Below are positions 59,445 to 64,000 of a stretch of 64,000 nt of DNA, in pieces. How positions within the stretch are numbered: position 1 is the stretch's first letter; each line of letters opens with the position of its first letter. This DNA is from a virus. The notes under the pieces were generated by a model. The model was not told the DNA's origin, searched no databases, and saw nothing but the letters and a program-made list of their open reading frames with translations. The DNA lies in IMG/VR virus record IMGVR_UViG_3300045988_108148; one strand, 5' to 3'. Position numbers and translations under genes: made by a program.

Positions 59445-60374
59445 CTATAACTCAATTAGGTTGTTATATTTCAGGTCATTCTCAAATTCAAGTATTGCCA
59501 ATTCTCCTTCTCTTACTTTAAGAAAATGGAGATATACTTTATTTTGTACAGGTAGTCGTTGAGGACCATAAGCGGTGATACCTAAAGTTTCAGGTCGAGA
59601 TAAAACCGCTATAACATCACTTCCTTGAAATACAGAATCAGATGATGATAAATCGCTTCGCATCGGATAGTGACTCGATGGATTATTAATTCTATCAATA
59701 TTTTCTATATTACGATTCATCTGAGATAATTGTATGATACTTGTCATACCAACTTTCTTTGCTTTGATAAATACTCTTTCAAGTTCAGATATAATCATTC
59801 TTTCATCTTTATAGTTATCACTATTTACTAATAAAGTATGATCTAAAATGACTATTAACCATTTATCCTTAGCAATCGTATTTTGAAAATATGTAATTGT
59901 ATCGTCTATCTTTTGTACTGTAGCTGCATCATCCACATAATATATGGGATAATCTTTTAAAGATTCTGCAGTTTCCTCAACTAAGTTGAGTTCATTATCA
60001 GAAAGATCTTCTGATGCTGAGTACAATTGTGTAGTTGTTTGACGCAACTTATTAGATAGTTTTCTTCCTACTTGTGCACGGCTAAGCATCTCAAATGAGA
60101 AAGAAAGTACGACCAATTCCTTGTTAGAATTAAGTTCAATTAAATCAGTTTCGAGCGTATTTACAAACGAAGACTTACCAGTTCCTGATGCTCCTACAAT
60201 TGTATAAACACAACCAGGTTCAATTCCACCACAACACATTTCATTGAATTTATTCCACCTGCTTTTAAGTGGTTCAATTTCATGGTTTTTACGTCTTCGT
60301 ATATATGTAACAGCTTCATTTGCAGCTGTTGATATATGTTTAAACGGTAATGGATTAACGTAGTTTTGTTCCAT
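59445..60374 (-). CDS. DnaB-like replicative helicase (RecA-fold C-terminal domain only)
   Basis: GGIEPGCVYTIVGASGTGKSSFVNTL (Walker A), LIVILDHTLLV (Walker B) and IIQLSQMNR. Confidence 0.65.
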   Translation of the reverse strand: MEQNYVNPLPFKHISTAANEAVTYIRRRKNHEIEPLKSRWNKFNEMCCGGIEPGCVYTIVGASGTGKSSFVNTLETDLIELNSNKELVVLSFSFEMLSRAQVGRKLSNKLRQTTTQLYSASEDLSDNELNLVEETAESLKDYPIYYVDDAATVQKIDDTITYFQNTIAKDKWLIVILDHTLLVNSDNYKDERMIISELERVFIKAKKVGMTSIIQLSQMNRNIENIDRINNPSSHYPMRSDLSSSDSVFQGSDVIAVLSRPETLGITAYGPQRLPVQNKVYLHFLKVREGELAILEFENDLKYNNLIEL

Positions 60375-60921
60375 ACAACATAGTAGTTTCAGATTGGTTA
60401 ATATTCATTTGCTCTTCAATTAATTCCCATTCATGTGAAGTAAGCCATTTCCACATAGTTTTCATATAACCAAGCTTACCGGTCATTGCCTTATCGGAAA
60501 GTTCAAAGTTCAAAGCGGTTATGATCCTATTATGAAGATCAGGATTGCCTTTAACCAATTTGTTATAATACTCTCTACATTTCTTAACATTACTTCTAAG
60601 AAAGCCTTTAGTTCCATCTGGTCTATTAACCATTATTGGATATAATGTATAAAATTGCTCAAAAAGTATATCTTTAGGAGTTAATTTATCTACTAATTCC
60701 TTAGTAGGTTTATACACTAACTTTTTACTATCATCTTTCTTTTGAATTAGATTTCTGTCGATTAAGTCTTGTATTTCACTATCACTGACCAGGCGAATAA
60801 GTGGTGTGATACCTTGATGGAATTTTTGATTCTTATCTAATACAAGACTTAAAAATACTAACTGATTAATTGATATATTGTCTATTATTTCTAATAAACT
60901 TGTATCTAGTTCAATGATCAT
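60355..60921 (-). CDS. Hypothetical replication-module protein
   Basis: 188-aa ORF overlapping the helicase start by 20 nt. Confidence 0.6.
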   Translation of the reverse strand: MIIELDTSLLEIIDNISINQLVFLSLVLDKNQKFHQGITPLIRLVSDSEIQDLIDRNLIQKKDDSKKLVYKPTKELVDKLTPKDILFEQFYTLYPIMVNRPDGTKGFLRSNVKKCREYYNKLVKGNPDLHNRIITALNFELSDKAMTGKLGYMKTMWKWLTSHEWELIEEQMNINQSETTMLYGTKLR

Positions 60922-60965
60922 GCTCTTAAAATTTTAAAAGCTTGTCAAAGATTTGTTATTTTCTG

Positions 60966-62882
60966 CTAATTTTCGTCAAAATCAAACAAACTTAGTTGTC
61001 TAGGTTTTAATTGTTCAATTACTTTAACGCATTGTGTTATATAATATTGATAATCAACATCATATATACTCTGGAATGTTTCTCCTTGAGAATATTTCCA
61101 TTGAAGATCTTCATCAGAATATAATCGATTATGAAGTTTTACCCCATGACCTTTTAGCATATTATGATATGATCTTTTTCCAGTTTCATCTAATTTCCAT
61201 TTCCATAAGTAATATCCACTATTACTAACGTAAAATCGATTAGTTCTCTGCTGAATTTGTTCATTATACTCAACTGTCCACTGTTTACCAGTTTTCTCAG
61301 CTTGTAAGAATTTACGTATATCTCTACATGATTTAATTGTATCTTCTACTGGAATATTATGAACAAAATAGTTAATAATTGCTTCAGGTATTATCTTAGG
61401 TGATAATCCCTTTCCTAAGGTAACGTCAGTAAGAAAAAATCCTTTTTTCTTAATATCGTTATTTATATCTACTCCAAAATAGTCATTTATTGCTAACTGA
61501 TAAAATGAAGTAAATTTTTCAGTTTCTAGAGTAAGTTTAGTAAGATTTTCCCATTCACTTAAAACTGTTTGTAGTTCTTCGTATTTATCCTTTTTACATG
61601 TATATAAGATACCATCAGTATTAATTTGATGTAACTTACATCCTAAAGATAATAGTCTTTCAGAAAGCATTAAAAGTAGTAATTGTCCATTAATTCTAAT
61701 TTGCATTACAGTAAATGGACTATAACACCATGAATGTTCATTTTGTAAATTACCACTTAAACCGTTTAGTGATAATTTAAGTGTTTTATCTATTACTTTA
61801 ATTTTATTCTTTTTAGCAATTAATCTTCTTGTACGAATATTAGAATATGTTTCTAAAAATTCTTTACCTAAATGTGGTGGATATAAATCGTGTTCGATAA
61901 TCATACTTGGGTATAGTGAACTAACATCAGAATCTAATAATAATTCATTTTCTTTAGGCTTAATTATTTCTATACCGCAATCTCCGTGAATACCACCAAC
62001 ACCTACGGTTATTTTCATGTCACCGAATACGAAAGTATTTTCATAACCCTTTCTACCTGGAGAAACATTATGTAATTGCTTCATCTCTTTTAATACGTTT
62101 TGTAATATAGGGCTATTAAATTTTATCCAAGGAAAAATAACTTTCTCTAGATCTATTTGATCACAAGGACTTCTTAGTTGTTCTAATTTATCCTTAGTAA
62201 TACCAGTATGTCTAATATATTCTTGCTCAAGAATTTTCATACCAGTATTTACTCCATCAAGACTTAAACAATTAATTTTATATTCTTGTTCAATAGAAAC
62301 TCTTAGTTCTAAATCACTTTTACATCTATGTAATAATTCTTCAGTAGATTCTACATCATTAATATTATATAATATTAATTTATCCATGTCTTTTTCTGGA
62401 AGATCTTGTTTCCAATCGACTACAAATTCTTCTACATTCTTATATTGCATAGTTACTTGCATCTCTTTTAAAGATACTCGTAGTGCTTTAGAATATAGCA
62501 TTGTTAATAAATCAATTGATAAGAAATTCTTAGCGTATTTATACTCTTTCCATAATCCAAAATCAGAATTTTTATCAATTACTATTTGACTCATTCTGAA
62601 TATAGATTCAGTTATTTCTCTTGTACTAAAGAATTCAAAATATCTTTTTCTATATAAAGAAAAGATATAATTTAATACTGGATTATCATAATGATGATTA
62701 TTATAACCAACATAATAACAATCCTGAGTAAAGTAATTGAGGAGATCTTGAATATCTACTTTTCTAGAAGATATTTCAAATACTTTAATTACTCCTGTTT
62801 CTGTATTCTTACAAGTACAAGTAAATATGTTCTTAAGAACTTCAATATCAAAGACTATACAGGTTTTGTCTTTAATTTTCAT
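60966..62882 (-). CDS. Family B DNA polymerase
   Basis: 638 aa. ExoI CIVFDIEV, ExoII-like LILYNINDVEST, motif A DSDVSSLYPS, motif B KLSLNGLSGN and motif C QINTDGILY. Confidence 0.85.
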   Translation of the reverse strand: MKIKDKTCIVFDIEVLKNIFTCTCKNTETGVIKVFEISSRKVDIQDLLNYFTQDCYYVGYNNHHYDNPVLNYIFSLYRKRYFEFFSTREITESIFRMSQIVIDKNSDFGLWKEYKYAKNFLSIDLLTMLYSKALRVSLKEMQVTMQYKNVEEFVVDWKQDLPEKDMDKLILYNINDVESTEELLHRCKSDLELRVSIEQEYKINCLSLDGVNTGMKILEQEYIRHTGITKDKLEQLRSPCDQIDLEKVIFPWIKFNSPILQNVLKEMKQLHNVSPGRKGYENTFVFGDMKITVGVGGIHGDCGIEIIKPKENELLLDSDVSSLYPSMIIEHDLYPPHLGKEFLETYSNIRTRRLIAKKNKIKVIDKTLKLSLNGLSGNLQNEHSWCYSPFTVMQIRINGQLLLLMLSERLLSLGCKLHQINTDGILYTCKKDKYEELQTVLSEWENLTKLTLETEKFTSFYQLAINDYFGVDINNDIKKKGFFLTDVTLGKGLSPKIIPEAIINYFVHNIPVEDTIKSCRDIRKFLQAEKTGKQWTVEYNEQIQQRTNRFYVSNSGYYLWKWKLDETGKRSYHNMLKGHGVKLHNRLYSDEDLQWKYSQGETFQSIYDVDYQYYITQCVKVIEQLKPRQLSLFDFDEN

Positions 62883-62896
62883 AGCTATAATTTGTG

Positions 62897-62986
62897 TAAC
62901 ACGTCTTGGATTCGAACCAAGTTCCTATATAAGCGCTTATATAGACTACCAACTTTTCCCTTATAGTTTCGGATTATTTACGTGTT
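62897..62986 (-). tRNA. tRNA-like element (atypical, about 90 nt; identity unresolved)
   Basis: On the minus strand, a perfect 7-bp acceptor-type pairing AACACGT/ACGTGTT encloses a canonical T arm CTTGG-TTCGAAT-CCAAG and an AGTTGGTAG D-loop-like motif. The middle contains a 20-nt perfect palindrome (CTATATAAGCGCTTATATAG). I could not fold it into a standard anticodon arm by hand. Confidence 0.35.
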
Positions 62987-63035
62987 ATATTGTGCGTTGA
63001 ACAGACGCACCCCTGTTTCATAGACGAATATCAGC

Positions 63036-64000
63036 TTACGCTGCAGTTTTATCCTGTTTTTGTAAACGAGTAATAGTAACTCCGTCAATCTCTCGATATT
63101 TAGAGTTAACCATCTCCATGATACATACTTCAGGATTATCTGAATCATAAATAAAGTATCCTACTACTTTATCAGATTCCTTTTCCATCATTTTGTTAAA
63201 AGAATATTTTACGATATCCTTTAACTTATCTGGAAGACAGACAATAGCACCAACTCTATCTCCAGTAAGAGATGGTTGGTCGATGTATTGGGTTCTCACA
63301 ATATAACGATGTTTACTACTATCTTGTTTTTTTGGTTGTTCGACAATAGGTCGAATTTCCACTTTGTTCTTTACTTTGGGTAATTGTATACCACCCTTAG
63401 AAAGGTACATTTGACGTCGTTCAAGTTTCTTTTTATTACGACGTTCTTGTGCCAGTTTAAAATGCTCAAGATCTTTTAATGTCTTTTGTTTCTGAGTAAG
63501 TTCTACTCGTTGAAGTTTCTCCATACGAGCTTTACGTTTCTCAGCAAGCATACTTAAACGCTCTTGCTCTGATTTAGCTCTTTTCTCCTGTCGTGCTTGA
63601 TACGCTTTAGGATCTGCTGCAATTTCAGAAGCTTGTCTTTGCATTTCTGCTTTATAGGCTAAATAACCAGCTTTTCTAGCTTCTGCTGCTATTTTTTCTC
63701 TCTCTTCTTTTGTTGTATGTTTTATTTTATCCTTAATTTCCTTATGATGAATAAGCTTAATTACACGCTTTTTATTACGTTCAATTCGCTCTTCCTTAGT
63801 AAGTTTCTGTTGCTTAGGATTAAAGTTTTCAAACTTTGTTTCTATAGCAATCATTTTTTCATCATGTTTTTCCTCGATTGCTTTATCGATAGCTTTCTGC
63901 TTCTTAGAGGTATCCTTAGTAGGGATACTAGCATGAATTTGAATTAGTTTCTTTGCTTTCTCTTCTCGCTTCTTTAAAGCTGCCTCTTTACGCTTTTTAG
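63036..64000 (-). CDS. Lys/Glu/Arg-rich protein (5' end outside window)
   Basis: The reading frame stays open upstream of the track Met (63854) to the window edge (...KKRKEAALKKREEKAKKLIQIHASIPTKD...DEKM). A highly charged helical N-part is followed by a globular C-terminal approx 100 aa. Confidence 0.7.
   Translation of the reverse strand, partial: KKRKEAALKKREEKAKKLIQIHASIPTKDTSKKQKAIDKAIEEKHDEKMIAIETKFENFNPKQQKLTKEERIERNKKRVIKLIHHKEIKDKIKHTTKEEREKIAAEARKAGYLAYKAEMQRQASEIAADPKAYQARQEKRAKSEQERLSMLAEKRKARMEKLQRVELTQKQKTLKDLEHFKLAQERRNKKKLERRQMYLSKGGIQLPKVKNKVEIRPIVEQPKKQDSSKHRYIVRTQYIDQPSLTGDRVGAIVCLPDKLKDIVKYSFNKMMEKESDKVVGYFIYDSDNPEVCIMEMVNSKYREIDGVTITRLQKQDKTAA

Noticed and set aside
59034-59562. 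Two + strand ORFs (132 aa and 67 aa) in the replication module
   Set aside because: They lie opposite minus-strand genes 58911..59405 and 59445..60374. Their Ile/Cys/Arg-rich composition is typical of antisense AT-rich frames.
62992-63010. Hairpin GTGCGT-ctgttca-ACGCAC (minus strand) as a tRNA-Asn (GTT) anticodon arm
   Set aside because: No acceptor, D or T arms flank it at tRNA distances. Position 37 of the loop would be C rather than a purine.
1-64000. Stop-codon reassignment, as seen in some crAss-like lineages
   Set aside because: ORFs up to 15 kb are uninterrupted under the standard code. All three stop codons terminate well-supported genes: TAA at 357..359, TAG at 12783..12785 and TGA at 14173..14175.
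52705-64000. Prophage or integrative element interpretation
   Set aside because: No integrase, repressor or att-like repeats are visible. The gene content is that of a lytic phage replication module.

Overview
AT-rich (about one-third GC by eye), gene-dense double-stranded DNA phage sequence. I saw no integrase or other lysogeny genes. Nt 1-52180 (+ strand) is a virion, tail-fibre and lysis module. It contains three tandem paralogous small structural genes and a candidate major capsid gene insulated by a terminator. It also holds several very large fibre genes, a holin-like cassette, an HNH endonuclease, and a run of giant virion/ejection proteins that includes one 5089-aa ORF. Nt 52200-64000 (- strand) is a replication module: PD-(D/E)XK nucleases, two metallophosphatases, a DnaG-like primase, an SSB-like protein, a Sak4/AAA_24-like ATPase, a DnaB-like helicase and a family B DNA polymerase. 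The giant ORF carries the DFDID motif of crAss-like virion RNA polymerases. With PolB and the near absence of Shine-Dalgarno sites, this points to a crAss-like (Crassvirales-type) podophage of a Bacteroidota host. That assignment rests on remembered motifs, not on a search. The standout accessory system is a diversity-generating retroelement (DGR). A roughly 91-100-nt template repeat (12897-12991) lies upstream of a reverse transcriptase (13135-14175). It matches the 3' end of the 1593-aa fibre gene (12626-12720) with mismatches almost only at template adenines. Other points worth a second look are the domain fusions in the 5089-aa protein (zincin HExxH, RNA polymerase, a DUF1848-like Cys-cluster domain, an SF1 helicase), an atypical tRNA-like element, an exact 18-nt copy of the template-repeat 3' end 50 kb away, and a locally GC-rich structured spacer upstream of the primase. 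All product names come from motifs read by eye. No database search was run.
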